From Clostridiales bacterium UBA1234 (GTDB taxonomy: Bacteria; Bacillota; Clostridia; TANB77; UBA1234): a stretch of 64,000 nt of DNA. The stretch lies in assembly GCA_002308995.1 (NCBI GenBank), contig DBWQ01000006.1:22874-86873 (forward strand), written 5' to 3'. Below are positions 1-9,992 of this stretch, in pieces. A program made the translations under genes and the position numbers. Each line of letters opens with the position of its first letter. Positions within the stretch are counted from its first letter, which is position 1. The notes under the pieces are model-generated. The model did no database searches. It was not told the origin of the DNA and worked only from the letters and a program-made list of their open reading frames with translations.

Positions 1-283
1 CTTGAGATAATATTTGTCCAAAAGCAACTACCACAATCACATCTGGTTTTAAGTTTTTTAAGGTATCAATTAAGGCTGTATCCTTTTTGATTTTTTCTGT
101 TTCATATACTATCATCCCTTTTCCTTGTGCATATTCTTTTACAGGAGAAGGCACGAGTTTTAAATTTCTTCCTGCAGGTCTATCAGGATTTGTGACGACA
201 GCTTGCACATGATGTCCATTCTCATAGATTTTACGCAAGGACTCCACCGCAAAATCAGGAGTACCCATAAATACAATGTTCAA
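1..283 (-). CDS. fmt: methionyl-tRNA formyltransferase, N-terminal 94 codons (gene continues past window start)
   Basis: Reverse translation from TTG at 281-283 gives LNIVFMGTPDFAVESLRKIYENGHHVQAVVTNPDRPAGRNLKL..., the typical Fmt N-terminus. It lies directly downstream of def. It is absent from the ORF track because it runs off the window. Confidence 0.85.
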   Translation of the reverse strand, partial: MNIVFMGTPDFAVESLRKIYENGHHVQAVVTNPDRPAGRNLKLVPSPVKEYAQGKGMIVYETEKIKKDTALIDTLKNLKPDVIVVVAFGQILSQ

Positions 284-327
284 ATCATAACCCTTCTTTC
301 GTATGATATCACCATTTACAATACTTT

Positions 328-807
328 TTATTCTTCTTCCTCTTTATCATCAAATATTTCGGTAGCTTTATCAATAAACAAAATACCGTCTAAGTGATCA
401 ATCTCATGAGAAAGCACCACAGCAAGCATATCAGAAGCTTTGATTTTGATTTTTTTACCGAACTCATCTAATGCTTCTACCCAAACTTCTTTCGGCCTTG
501 TCACATCTCCTAAAAGCCCAGGGACACTAAGACATCCTTCACGGCATACTTGTTCTCCTTTTGATTTCACGATGACAGGATTTACAAGCTTATAGATTTT
601 ATCTCCCTCTTCAGATAAATCAATCACTATTAGTCTTTTTAATACACCAATTTGTGGAGCTGCAAGCCCAACTCCATCTTTGGCAGCCTTCATGGTTTCG
701 TACATATCTTGTAAAAGCTCGCGAATTTTATCATCAACTACTTCTACTTCTCTTGATCTCTTACGAAGTAACTCATCGCCAACCTCTCTAATCTGTCTTA
801 ATGCCAT
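328..807 (-). CDS. def: peptide deformylase
   Basis: 159 aa with the GVGLAAPQIG, EGCLS and HEIDHLDG motifs. Confidence 0.95.
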   Translation of the reverse strand: MALRQIREVGDELLRKRSREVEVVDDKIRELLQDMYETMKAAKDGVGLAAPQIGVLKRLIVIDLSEEGDKIYKLVNPVIVKSKGEQVCREGCLSVPGLLGDVTRPKEVWVEALDEFGKKIKIKASDMLAVVLSHEIDHLDGILFIDKATEIFDDKEEEE

Positions 808-832
808 CTTAAATCATTCCTTCCAATTTACT

Positions 833-3005
833 CTATAACATACTATTTGGATTCACATCGATGCTAAGTTTCACTTTAAGTTTTTCCTTTTGAAATGCTT
901 CTAAGCAATTGCCCAATATCTTGTTTTTTTCATCGTCTAACTTTTCTTTCACCAAAACCCTCCATCGATACTCATTGTTTATTTTGGTAATCGGTGCAGG
1001 TGCTGGCATATAGGCATTGAATTGATCTTTCAGCATCGCGTATAATTTGTTTGCTGCCTCCTTCACAAGTGCCTCATCTTCTCCACAAATCATCCCTACA
1101 ATTATATCGCAAAAAGGCGGATAATTCAACTTTTCTCGCATAATAATTTCTTTTTGGTAAAATTTTTCATAATCTTGTTCTTTGGCTGCTTGAATGCAAA
1201 ATTCATCAGGATCATAAGTCTGAATAATGGCCCTTCCTTTCTTCTCACCACGCCCTGCTCTTCCAGCCACTTGAGTTAATAGCTGAAAAGCTCTTTCATT
1301 TGCCTTATAATCGCCCATATTGATTAACCCATCAGCCGCTAAAACACCCACAAAAGTCACATTTTCAAAGTCATGACCTTTGGCAATCATTTGCGTACCC
1401 AATAATACATCAATATGCTCCTCTTTAAATTTGGTAAGAATCTGCTCGTGGGCATTTTTGGTTCTTGTAGTGTCCACATCCATTCTCAAAATGGAAGCAT
1501 TTGGAAGATAATGTTTTAATTCTTGCTCTACTTTTTGCGTTCCTGTGCCAAAATAACGAATTTTACTGCTTTGGCAGCTCGGACATATCGTTGGCGGGCT
1601 CATCATCTTGCCACAATAATGGCAGCATAGCTTATTTTCGGATAAATGATATGTCATCGAGACATCACAGTGAGGACACTTTACTACATACCCACAATCA
1701 CGGCACATAATGAAAGTTGAGTATCCCCTACGATTTAAAAAAAGCATACTTTGCTCATGGTTTTCCATATTGTGCTTGATACTATGATAAAGTTTTCTAC
1801 TAAATGGCGTTTTATTACCTGTTTTTAGTTCTTCACGCATGTCTACAATACTGACTTCTGGAAGCCCCATAGACGAAATACGATGCATGAGTTTTAAAAG
1901 AGTAATCTTTCCCTGTAGTGCCTCATAATATGTTCTTAAATCTGGAGTTGCTGAGCCAAGTAATAGTGGAATTTGATACATCTCACATAATTTTTGAGCA
2001 ACGTCCCTAACATCATATTTAGGACTAATCTCTGATTTATAGGAAGCATCATGCTCTTCATCGATAATGACAACTCCAATATTTTCAAGCGGTGCAAAAA
2101 TAGCAGAACGAGCGCCTACTACAATTCTGGCACTTCCGCGATTTTATCTTTTGCCATTCGTCGTATCGTTCTCCTTTAGAAAGCCTACTATGTAAAATAG
2201 CCACAATATTGCCAAACCTTGATAAAAAGCGGTCTGTTATTTGGGGCGTTAGCGATATTTCTGGCACAAGCACAATGGCATTTTTTCCTTCCGCTAATAC
2301 TTGTTGAATGAGCTGCAAATACACTTCCGTTTTACCACTGCCAGTAACTCCAAATAATAAATACTTTTGATATTGGCCTAGCAAAATACTACTTAAAACC
2401 TTTTTCTGTTCTGTTGTTAAAGCAAGCGGCTGACTCTTTTGAATGCGTTTATGAGTAAAAGGATTACGAAATACTGTCATTTCTTTCAGGCTAATAAGAC
2501 CATTTTTTTCTAATGTTTTGAAACTAGCAATACTGGTATCCGTAAATTCACACACTTCTGAAACTGGAGCTTCTTGATTGTCTTTTAAAAAGTTGATGAT
2601 ACGTTTTTGCTTATCATTTTTAATCTTGTCACAGTCTGCGTCTGGTACTAAAGAAACCCATTTTTCTTTTTTTTCCTTCACAGCATCAACATGATTCATC
2701 GTTCCAGGAGGCACCATTAGTTTCATGGCTTCTGCCAAATTGACAAAATACTTTTCACTCATCCATTTAGTAAGCGCTAAACGCTTATCATCTAAAACCG
2801 TTTCCACGATACGAATAATATCCTTACACTGATAGGAAGATGATTCTTTTAATCCAATCACATAGCCAATGGTACTTTGCTTTCTCGTTCCAAAAGGAAC
2901 AAGTACCCTCATGCCAACTACGACGTCCAAATTACTTGGTACGCCGTAGTCAAATACTCTATTTAAATCATTTGCTGACGAATTAATGATTACCTCGGCT
3001 ATCAT
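833..3005 (-). CDS. priA: primosomal protein N' (replication restart helicase PriA), needs a +1 shift at CGG 2136-2138
   Basis: The N-terminal ORF 2085-3005 carries Walker A (GVTGSGKTEVY). The +1 frame continues GSARIVVGARSAIFAPLENIGVVIIDEEHDASYK (DEEH box), then the Cys-rich zinc region and the C-terminal domain of ORF 833-1981. The joined length is about 723 aa. Confidence 0.9.
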
Positions 3006-3028
3006 GAAATAATCCTTTCTTTCATAAA

Positions 3029-4279
3029 CTACCTATGAAACAATTTAGAAACATCAAAAAATGTCACAACTATAGCAAATAGCATTATCAATAAGAAACT
3101 AATTCCAATCGCATATTGCTCAACTTTTTCTGGTAATGGTTTTCTACGAATTGCTTCTAAGATTAATAATAAACCTCTTCCACCATCTAATGCTGGAATT
3201 GGAAGTAAATTAAAGATTCCCAAACTCAAACTAATGGCACACATTAAATAAAAGAATTCTGAAATGAAGGAAGTTTTGGTAATTTCATCAGCAATTCCGA
3301 CAACTCCCATGACTTCTACATCTTTTGTTTTTCCTAAAAACAACTGTCCATATGCCTTTAAATTAGCAAACAAGTACCAATTGGTATCGTGAAGAGCATA
3401 GGCGATGTTTTTCAAAAATGGGACCGAAACAATCTCATAATGAAGTCCTAAGAATCTGCCCTCGCTTGCTACTGTTTTGGTTTGAAAAGTATATGTTTGC
3501 ATATCCCTTAACACAGTAATGGCAACATCCTGTTCTGGCATTTGACGAATCGTTTCAATAATCTCATCCGTGTCGTATACAGTTACTCCATTGATGGCAA
3601 TCACAACGTCGTTGTTTTTAAGACCAGAACTTGCTACAGGCAGATTCGATTGAATATAAATCACTTGTCGGTCTCCCGAAAAAGCAACGCCAAGAAGTCC
3701 TCTTTTGGTAACAGGAAGTTTCACAGGGATTTCTACCGTTTGATCTAATCTTTTTACCGTAAAAGTAAAATCATCATTCTTTGTATCGGCAATGAAATCT
3801 TCCACATCAAGTGCAAAAACCGTTTTTTCTCCATTGACTTTAAGTATTTCATCCCCTGAGCGAAAACCGTACGCATAGGCAGGTTCATTTTCTTCTAATG
3901 TTGCTATTTTCGCAATTTGATATACATTTTGACTTGCTACCACAATACTATAAACCAATAGGGCAAAAAGAATATTAACAAATGGGCCTGCTAAAACGAC
4001 AAGCATTCTTTGCCAAACAGGTTTATTATTAAATGCATTGACATCATCACTTCTGGTTTCTTCGCCTTCCATTTGGACAAAACCACCAAAAGGAATCAAT
4101 CGAAGTGTATACTCTGTTTCTCCTTTTACTTTTGAAAATACTTTTGGTCCAAAACCAATCGCAAATTTTAACACTTTTACTTTAAATAACCTAGCTACCG
4201 TAAAATGTCCTAATTCATGAATGGTAATCAATGTACCTAATAAAACAACAATTTTAAGTGCTCCTATAATCCAAGCCAT
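3029..4279 (-). CDS. rseP: RIP site-2 zinc metalloprotease RseP/YluC family
   Basis: HELGH motif, PDZ region, NLLPIPALDGG motif and multiple TM segments. Conserved position next to cdsA and uppS. Confidence 0.9.
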   Translation of the reverse strand: MAWIIGALKIVVLLGTLITIHELGHFTVARLFKVKVLKFAIGFGPKVFSKVKGETEYTLRLIPFGGFVQMEGEETRSDDVNAFNNKPVWQRMLVVLAGPFVNILFALLVYSIVVASQNVYQIAKIATLEENEPAYAYGFRSGDEILKVNGEKTVFALDVEDFIADTKNDDFTFTVKRLDQTVEIPVKLPVTKRGLLGVAFSGDRQVIYIQSNLPVASSGLKNNDVVIAINGVTVYDTDEIIETIRQMPEQDVAITVLRDMQTYTFQTKTVASEGRFLGLHYEIVSVPFLKNIAYALHDTNWYLFANLKAYGQLFLGKTKDVEVMGVVGIADEITKTSFISEFFYLMCAISLSLGIFNLLPIPALDGGRGLLLILEAIRRKPLPEKVEQYAIGISFLLIMLFAIVVTFFDVSKLFHR

Positions 4280-4312
4280 TTTCTCTTTATCCTTTCCCTA
4301 AAATAGTATGCT

Positions 4313-5125
4313 TTAAATCATCCACTGCAATAATAAGTACACAAACGGCGAAATCATCATAATGCTATCAAAACGATCTAATACACCACCATGTCCTGGC
4401 ATAATTTTGCCAAAATCTTTGACTTCACAAAACCTTTTGATGGCAGAAGCTGATAAATCGCCAATTTGTGAAATAAAACTCACTAAAATACCCACAAAAG
4501 CCATTACCATCATATGTAATCCTTCAATGCCTATATGCGATAAGTAATACGTATAGCCTCCGTAAAAAATAGCGCAAAAAACGATTCCTGCAACAGCGCC
4601 TTCAATCGTTTTATTAGGACTAATTGGTGTATAATGATGCTTACCAAATTTTCTCCCAATTAAGTATGCAAAGGTATCGGTAACCCATGCGCCACCAAAA
4701 ATGTACCAAACCAAAAACTCACCATGATTTAATTGTCTGGTAAGCGATAAAAATAAAAGCAAAAAGGGAACATACCCAATCCCAAATAGGGTAACAATGA
4801 CATCAGGAACAGTATGCTTTCCTTTCGAAAAAATCATCCACGTAAAACTTATAAACAACAATACTGGTGGAATTCCAATCAAAAACATTTTAATGGTATC
4901 GGGAGAAAATAGTTTTAAATTCACCAAGAATACTCCCAACGTAATAACAAAGCCAATGAGAGAAATAGGATGAAATCCTTTATTCAAAAAGGCTTTATAG
5001 AATTCGGCGATTCCGATAAGACAAATCACTGTTAGCGCGAAGTTAAAAACATAAACACTTTTACAAAGCATCACAATCGCCAGTACAATAACGCCAGCAA
5101 TCGTAGAAATGACTCTTTTTTTCAT
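4313..5125 (-). CDS. cdsA: phosphatidate cytidylyltransferase
   Basis: Polytopic membrane protein with the SAIKRFCEVKDFGKIMPGHGGVLDRFDS signature. Confidence 0.9.
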   Translation of the reverse strand: MKKRVISTIAGVIVLAIVMLCKSVYVFNFALTVICLIGIAEFYKAFLNKGFHPISLIGFVITLGVFLVNLKLFSPDTIKMFLIGIPPVLLFISFTWMIFSKGKHTVPDVIVTLFGIGYVPFLLLFLSLTRQLNHGEFLVWYIFGGAWVTDTFAYLIGRKFGKHHYTPISPNKTIEGAVAGIVFCAIFYGGYTYYLSHIGIEGLHMMVMAFVGILVSFISQIGDLSASAIKRFCEVKDFGKIMPGHGGVLDRFDSIMMISPFVYLLLQWMI

Positions 5126-5143
5126 ATGATTTCTCCTTTTAAA

Positions 5144-5866
5144 TTATTTACCAAAATTTCTTTTTCTATGACAAAACTCATCTACAGCTTTTTGTAGTTC
5201 TTGTTGATCAAAGTCAGGCCAGTATTTGCTTGTAAAATAGAACTCCGAATAAGCAGATTCCCATAACAAAAATCCAGAAAGACGAAGTTCACCACCCGTG
5301 CGAATAATCAAATCTGGATCTGGGGTATTTTTAATCCACATATGGTGACTAAGTGTCTCTTCGGTGATATCTTCCAAAGAAAGCTTTCCTTCTAAAACTT
5401 CCTTGGCAATCTTTTTGGTAGCATCAATAATTTCTGGTCTACCTCCATAATTAAAAGCGATATTAATGGTAAGACCTGTATTATCTTTGGTTTCTGATTC
5501 AATGCGATCAATTTCTTGTTTTAACTCATCCGTTAAATTCTCTTCAAAGCCAGCAAGTTGCAAACGAAAATTTCTTTTGTTGGCACTTTTGGTAAAACCT
5601 CTTGCTTGCGCCAATAATAGATTAATCAAATAATCTACTTCATCTTTAGAACGCTTCCAGTTTTCTGTTGAAAAAGCAAATACCGTCAAATACTGAATTC
5701 CCATATCATCACAGGCACGTGCAATTCTTTTTAAGTTTTCTGCACCTTCCTTATGCCCTAGTTGAGGAATTAAGCCTCTTTCTCTGGCCCATCTTCTGTT
5801 ACCATCCATAATAATACCAACATGAGTTGGCACATTTTGACGTTCAATCTCCATATCGCACCTCAT
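5144..5866 (-). CDS. uppS: isoprenyl transferase (undecaprenyl diphosphate synthase)
   Basis: IIMDGNRRWA and RTGGELRLSGFLLW motifs. The true start may be the internal Met (MEIERQ). Confidence 0.92.
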   Translation of the reverse strand: MRCDMEIERQNVPTHVGIIMDGNRRWARERGLIPQLGHKEGAENLKRIARACDDMGIQYLTVFAFSTENWKRSKDEVDYLINLLLAQARGFTKSANKRNFRLQLAGFEENLTDELKQEIDRIESETKDNTGLTINIAFNYGGRPEIIDATKKIAKEVLEGKLSLEDITEETLSHHMWIKNTPDPDLIIRTGGELRLSGFLLWESAYSEFYFTSKYWPDFDQQELQKAVDEFCHRKRNFGK

Positions 5867-5878
5867 TTAACTACCAAT

Positions 5879-6424
5879 TTAGACAGACATAATCTCTTTT
5901 TCTTTATCTCCTGTTAAAGAATCAATCATTCCAATATATTTATCTGTTATTTTTTGAATTTGCTCTTCTGCATTTCTTAAATCATCCTCTGTAATTTCAT
6001 TATTTTTTTGTTTCGTTTTAAACTCATCCATGCCATCTCTTCTAATATTTCTCACAACAATTTTAGCATCTTCAGAGATTTTTTTGATTTCTTTTACTAA
6101 TTCTTTTCTTCTATCCTCAGTAAGCTCAGGAAATACTAAACGAATTAGCTTTCCATCATTATTTGGATTAATTCCAATATCTGATTTTTGAAGTTCTTTT
6201 TCAATTTCTTTTAGTAGTGAGGCATCCCAAGGTTGAATTGTAATCATACGTGCCTCTGGCACCATGATATTGGCCACTTGATTAATAGGCGTAGGTGTTC
6301 CATAATACTCCACGGTGATTTTATCTAGAATCTTAGGATTGGCACGACCTGCACGAATTCCAGCAAGTTCCTCATTTAATACACTAATACTCTTTTTCAT
6401 TTTTTCTTCAATATGATCATACAT
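5879..6424 (-). CDS. frr: ribosome recycling factor
   Basis: 181 aa with full-length RRF-like sequence. Canonical pyrH-frr-uppS-cdsA synteny. Confidence 0.95.
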   Translation of the reverse strand: MYDHIEEKMKKSISVLNEELAGIRAGRANPKILDKITVEYYGTPTPINQVANIMVPEARMITIQPWDASLLKEIEKELQKSDIGINPNNDGKLIRLVFPELTEDRRKELVKEIKKISEDAKIVVRNIRRDGMDEFKTKQKNNEITEDDLRNAEEQIQKITDKYIGMIDSLTGDKEKEIMSV

Positions 6425-6443
6425 AACTTTTCTCTTCCTTTCT

Positions 6444-7154
6444 TTATTCTTTCACATCTGTACCAATGTGCTCTCCACTAACTGCTTTAATGATATTCTC
6501 CCCATTACCAAGTTCAAAAATCATTGTTGGCATTTGATTATCACGACATAGGGAGGCTGCCGTAGAGTCCATGACTTTTAAATTATTCTTTAGAATCTCT
6601 GTATAGCTAATTTCTTCAAATTTTTTGGCATTAGGATTGGTTTTAGGATCATCATCGTAAACGCCATCAATTGTTTTTCCAAATAAAATGATTTCCGCAT
6701 TGATTTCAGTTGCTCTCAGTGCCGCACAAGTATCCGTTGAGAAGAATGGATTTCCTGTTCCTCCAGCAAAAATCACTACCCTTCCTTTTTCTAGGTGACG
6801 CACTGCTTTTCTACGAATATATGGCTCTGCAATTTGACGCATTTCGATAGAAGTTTGAAGTCTCGTATCAACACCTCTTACTTCAAGAGCATCTTGTAAT
6901 GCTTGCCCATTCATGATAGTGGCAAGCATCCCCATATAGTCTGCTGTAGTTCTCTCCATTTGATGCGCTTGTCTTCCACGCCAGAAGTTACCACCACCAA
7001 CAACAATTGCAACCTCAACGCCCATATCAGCAACTGTTTTGATATTGTCACAAACTTTTCCAAGCGTATCAGCATCAATTCCAAACCCATTGGCACCCGA
7101 GAGCGCCTCACCACTTAGTTTTAATAACACTCTTTTGTATTTTGCCTTTGGCAT
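6444..7154 (-). CDS. pyrH: UMP kinase
   Basis: [13 protein letters not shown]-terminus and GGGNFWRG motif, 236 aa. Confidence 0.95.
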   Translation of the reverse strand: MPKAKYKRVLLKLSGEALSGANGFGIDADTLGKVCDNIKTVADMGVEVAIVVGGGNFWRGRQAHQMERTTADYMGMLATIMNGQALQDALEVRGVDTRLQTSIEMRQIAEPYIRRKAVRHLEKGRVVIFAGGTGNPFFSTDTCAALRATEINAEIILFGKTIDGVYDDDPKTNPNAKKFEEISYTEILKNNLKVMDSTAASLCRDNQMPTMIFELGNGENIIKAVSGEHIGTDVKE

Positions 7155-7211
7155 ACAAATCCCTCCTATATTTATTCTACTTCTTTTCGCTGTATGAAAA
7201 CGATAGACATT

Positions 7212-8117
7212 TTATAATTGATCATCTTCATAAACTTTTTCTGGTGGTACTTCTAATTGTTCTGGGTGATTAAATAGTCCAGTAAAATATTTAAGTGCAA
7301 CCGATAAATAATACCCATCTGCAATTCTTTCATCCGCAACAAAACGAAGTTTCATTACTCTTCTTTCCGATATTTTGCCCTCTTTATCGAGTACTCTTTG
7401 CTTACGGTTATGTCCCATAGCAATAAAGATGGATGTATTTCCAAAATTATAAATATGATGATAAATTGGATCAGCACCAATCGACCCCATATTGGTTACA
7501 AAAACACCCGTATGAAAAGGACTGGCTTTATAGATGATTTTTGGCAAATGACCAAAGAAATCCAGTACGCGAAACAACCAAATCACAAACATGTACAAAA
7601 AACGAGGTAACACATTTAAAACTTTCATGACTTTATCCATTGTATTCGAGTCATCTGCCTGCTTTGTTTGATTGATGACCACATCAATTTGTCTTGAAAT
7701 ATCACTCACGGTAGCAGTCGGTTCAAACTCAAACTTAACCGCAGTTTCTGGAGTATTCACATTGAGTTCTCGCTTGATAACCATAGAAACAACAATTTTA
7801 TCACGTGCATACAATCTACGTCCTGCCACAAAACGATTCATTCTAGGATACTGAGAAATGGTTCGAACAATGACAGCCATCACATAATCGAGTGCACGAG
7901 CATCTTCCCCATTTTTTCTTTTTTCTCTAATGATTGCATCGATTTTACTCATATCGACATCAGCATCAAAAAATACCTCGGAATCATTTCTATCCCTCAT
8001 AATAAAGGGAATAATCACATTGGTGGGATCACCTCTTCTGACGCGTCTGCCATCATATCGATCTCCCCATCGTTTTTTAATCTTTTTTACAGTTCCTTCT
8101 TTTGTTTTCTCTTTCAT
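7212..8117 (-). CDS. stand-alone 2-oxoacid dehydrogenase E2-type acyltransferase catalytic-domain protein (CAT-like fold), divergent active site
   Basis: The C-terminal segment LRFVADERIADGYYLSVALKYF aligns to the E2 DHRxxDG motif, with Glu in place of His. There are no lipoyl or subunit-binding domains. Confidence 0.55.
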   Translation of the reverse strand: MKEKTKEGTVKKIKKRWGDRYDGRRVRRGDPTNVIIPFIMRDRNDSEVFFDADVDMSKIDAIIREKRKNGEDARALDYVMAVIVRTISQYPRMNRFVAGRRLYARDKIVVSMVIKRELNVNTPETAVKFEFEPTATVSDISRQIDVVINQTKQADDSNTMDKVMKVLNVLPRFLYMFVIWLFRVLDFFGHLPKIIYKASPFHTGVFVTNMGSIGADPIYHHIYNFGNTSIFIAMGHNRKQRVLDKEGKISERRVMKLRFVADERIADGYYLSVALKYFTGLFNHPEQLEVPPEKVYEDDQL

Positions 8118-8130
8118 GCAATCCTCCTAA

Positions 8131-9978
8131 TTATTTTTCCTCTAAGTCAATAAAAGTTGGTACTACCTCTTTCATGACGTTCTTCACATCCATACGTGTA
8201 GGATTTTGTTTTTGAACAACACTTTTTAATTTTTCTAAAATTGCTCCCATCTCACTGGCAGATGGTCCTTGAATATGAGAAATCATGATTTTTTCATGAA
8301 GTGTTTTATCAAGACCTTCTTCTGACATTAAAAGCTCTTCGTATAATTTTTCACCTTTACGAAGTCCCACAATTTCAATTGGCACATTTTTGCCAGAAAG
8401 CTTAATTAATGTTTTGGCTAAATCGTAAATTTTGACTGGCTGTCCCATATCCAAGACAAAAATTTCTCCACTTCCTGCAAAAGTGACAGATTGTAAGATT
8501 AATCCTACTGCTTCCGGAATTAGCATAAAGAACCTGGTAATCTCTTTGTGAGTCACAGTAACAGGTCCCCCCATCTCAATCTGCTTTTTAAATAGAGGAA
8601 TGACGCTACCATGGCTCCCAAGGACATTGCCAAAACGAACCGCTGTAAAAATCGTTGAGCTTGTCTCATTTTTCGCTTGAATAATCATTTCGCAAATACG
8701 TTTCGAAGCACCCATAATGCTAGTTGGATTCACTGCTTTATCCGTTGAAATAAAGGTAAAGCGTTCCACACCATATTTGTCACTGGCATTCACAACATTA
8801 TAAGTACCAAACACATTGTTTTTGATTGCTTCAATCCCACTGTTTTCCATGAGTGGAACATGCTTATGTGCTGCCGCATGGAACACAATCTGTGGATGAT
8901 ACTTTTCAAAAATCTCGTCAATACGCTTTTGATCTCGCACACTCGCAATGATAGTTTCTATCGGATAGTTCTTGTTTTTACTACGAAGTTCCATTTCTAC
9001 CTCATAGAGCGTATTTTCATAAATATCTAACATGACCAAAAGCTTAGGATGATACATAAGAATTTGTCTACATAGCTCACTACCAATGGATCCACCTGCA
9101 CCAGTTACTAACACTGTTTTTCCCTGAAGCACCTCTAAAATACCTTTATTATCTAATACAATAGGTTCTCTTCCCAATAAATCCTCTACTTCAACATCTC
9201 TTAAAGAATCATTTAAGTTTTGTTTGGTAATCATTTGCTCTAAAGGCTCAACAATTTTCACTTTTGCATTCGTTGCATCACAAATCTTTAATATTTTATT
9301 TTTTTCTTGCTGGTTGATATTATTAATAGAAAATAATATCAAATCAACACTTTCATTCTCACAAACCTCGGGAATCAGTTCTCTGCCGCCTATAATTTTA
9401 ATACCATGCATTGATAAGTTCTTTTTATTCACATCATCATCGATAATACCAATGATAGAGTAGTCATTTTGACTGCTTCCTTGAATCGCTTTAATAATTT
9501 GTGACGTAGAACTACCTGCACCAATAATAAGGACTCTTTTCTTATCCTTATTAGACTCTATCATGGATGTATACGAAATTGTTCGGAAAAGAACTCTCAT
9601 GCTAATACTCATAATCGCCGCAAAAACACATGCAAGAATAACAATATTGAGTTCTATCATACGAAAAACCAAATATGGTTTGACAAGCGATATCATAGCA
9701 GCAGTCACAATGGAAGTTCCAAAGATTCTTAAATAGTCTTTGGTACCAGAGTACTTGATAATAGTTTTATACGTTCCCGTAAAACTCAACAAAGAAATAT
9801 CAATTAAAATGGTAAGTAAAATGGTATTTTGAAGCGGTGAATCCAAAATATCAAATGGTATTCCTTCAAACCAAATGGCCAAACGATACCCTAAAATGAC
9901 TAAAATAGCGTCCAAACAAACTAAAAACGCAAGTTTAACAGAACCTGGCATCCTTTCAACCTTTGAAATAAAACGCAT
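8131..9978 (-). CDS. membrane-bound polysaccharide biosynthesis protein, CapD/PglF/WbpM-like NDP-sugar 4,6-dehydratase
   Basis: N-terminal TM helices, two Rossmann regions (IIGAGSS, LVTGAGGSIGSEL) and a short-chain dehydratase core. Confidence 0.85.
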   Translation of the reverse strand: MRFISKVERMPGSVKLAFLVCLDAILVILGYRLAIWFEGIPFDILDSPLQNTILLTILIDISLLSFTGTYKTIIKYSGTKDYLRIFGTSIVTAAMISLVKPYLVFRMIELNIVILACVFAAIMSISMRVLFRTISYTSMIESNKDKKRVLIIGAGSSTSQIIKAIQGSSQNDYSIIGIIDDDVNKKNLSMHGIKIIGGRELIPEVCENESVDLILFSINNINQQEKNKILKICDATNAKVKIVEPLEQMITKQNLNDSLRDVEVEDLLGREPIVLDNKGILEVLQGKTVLVTGAGGSIGSELCRQILMYHPKLLVMLDIYENTLYEVEMELRSKNKNYPIETIIASVRDQKRIDEIFEKYHPQIVFHAAAHKHVPLMENSGIEAIKNNVFGTYNVVNASDKYGVERFTFISTDKAVNPTSIMGASKRICEMIIQAKNETSSTIFTAVRFGNVLGSHGSVIPLFKKQIEMGGPVTVTHKEITRFFMLIPEAVGLILQSVTFAGSGEIFVLDMGQPVKIYDLAKTLIKLSGKNVPIEIVGLRKGEKLYEELLMSEEGLDKTLHEKIMISHIQGPSASEMGAILEKLKSVVQKQNPTRMDVKNVMKEVVPTFIDLEEK

Positions 9979-9992
9979 ACGATAGCCTCCAA

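Noticed and set aside
203-397. 64-aa plus-strand ORF at the fmt/def junction
   Set aside because: It is antisense to two well-supported genes (the fmt N-terminus and the def C-terminus).
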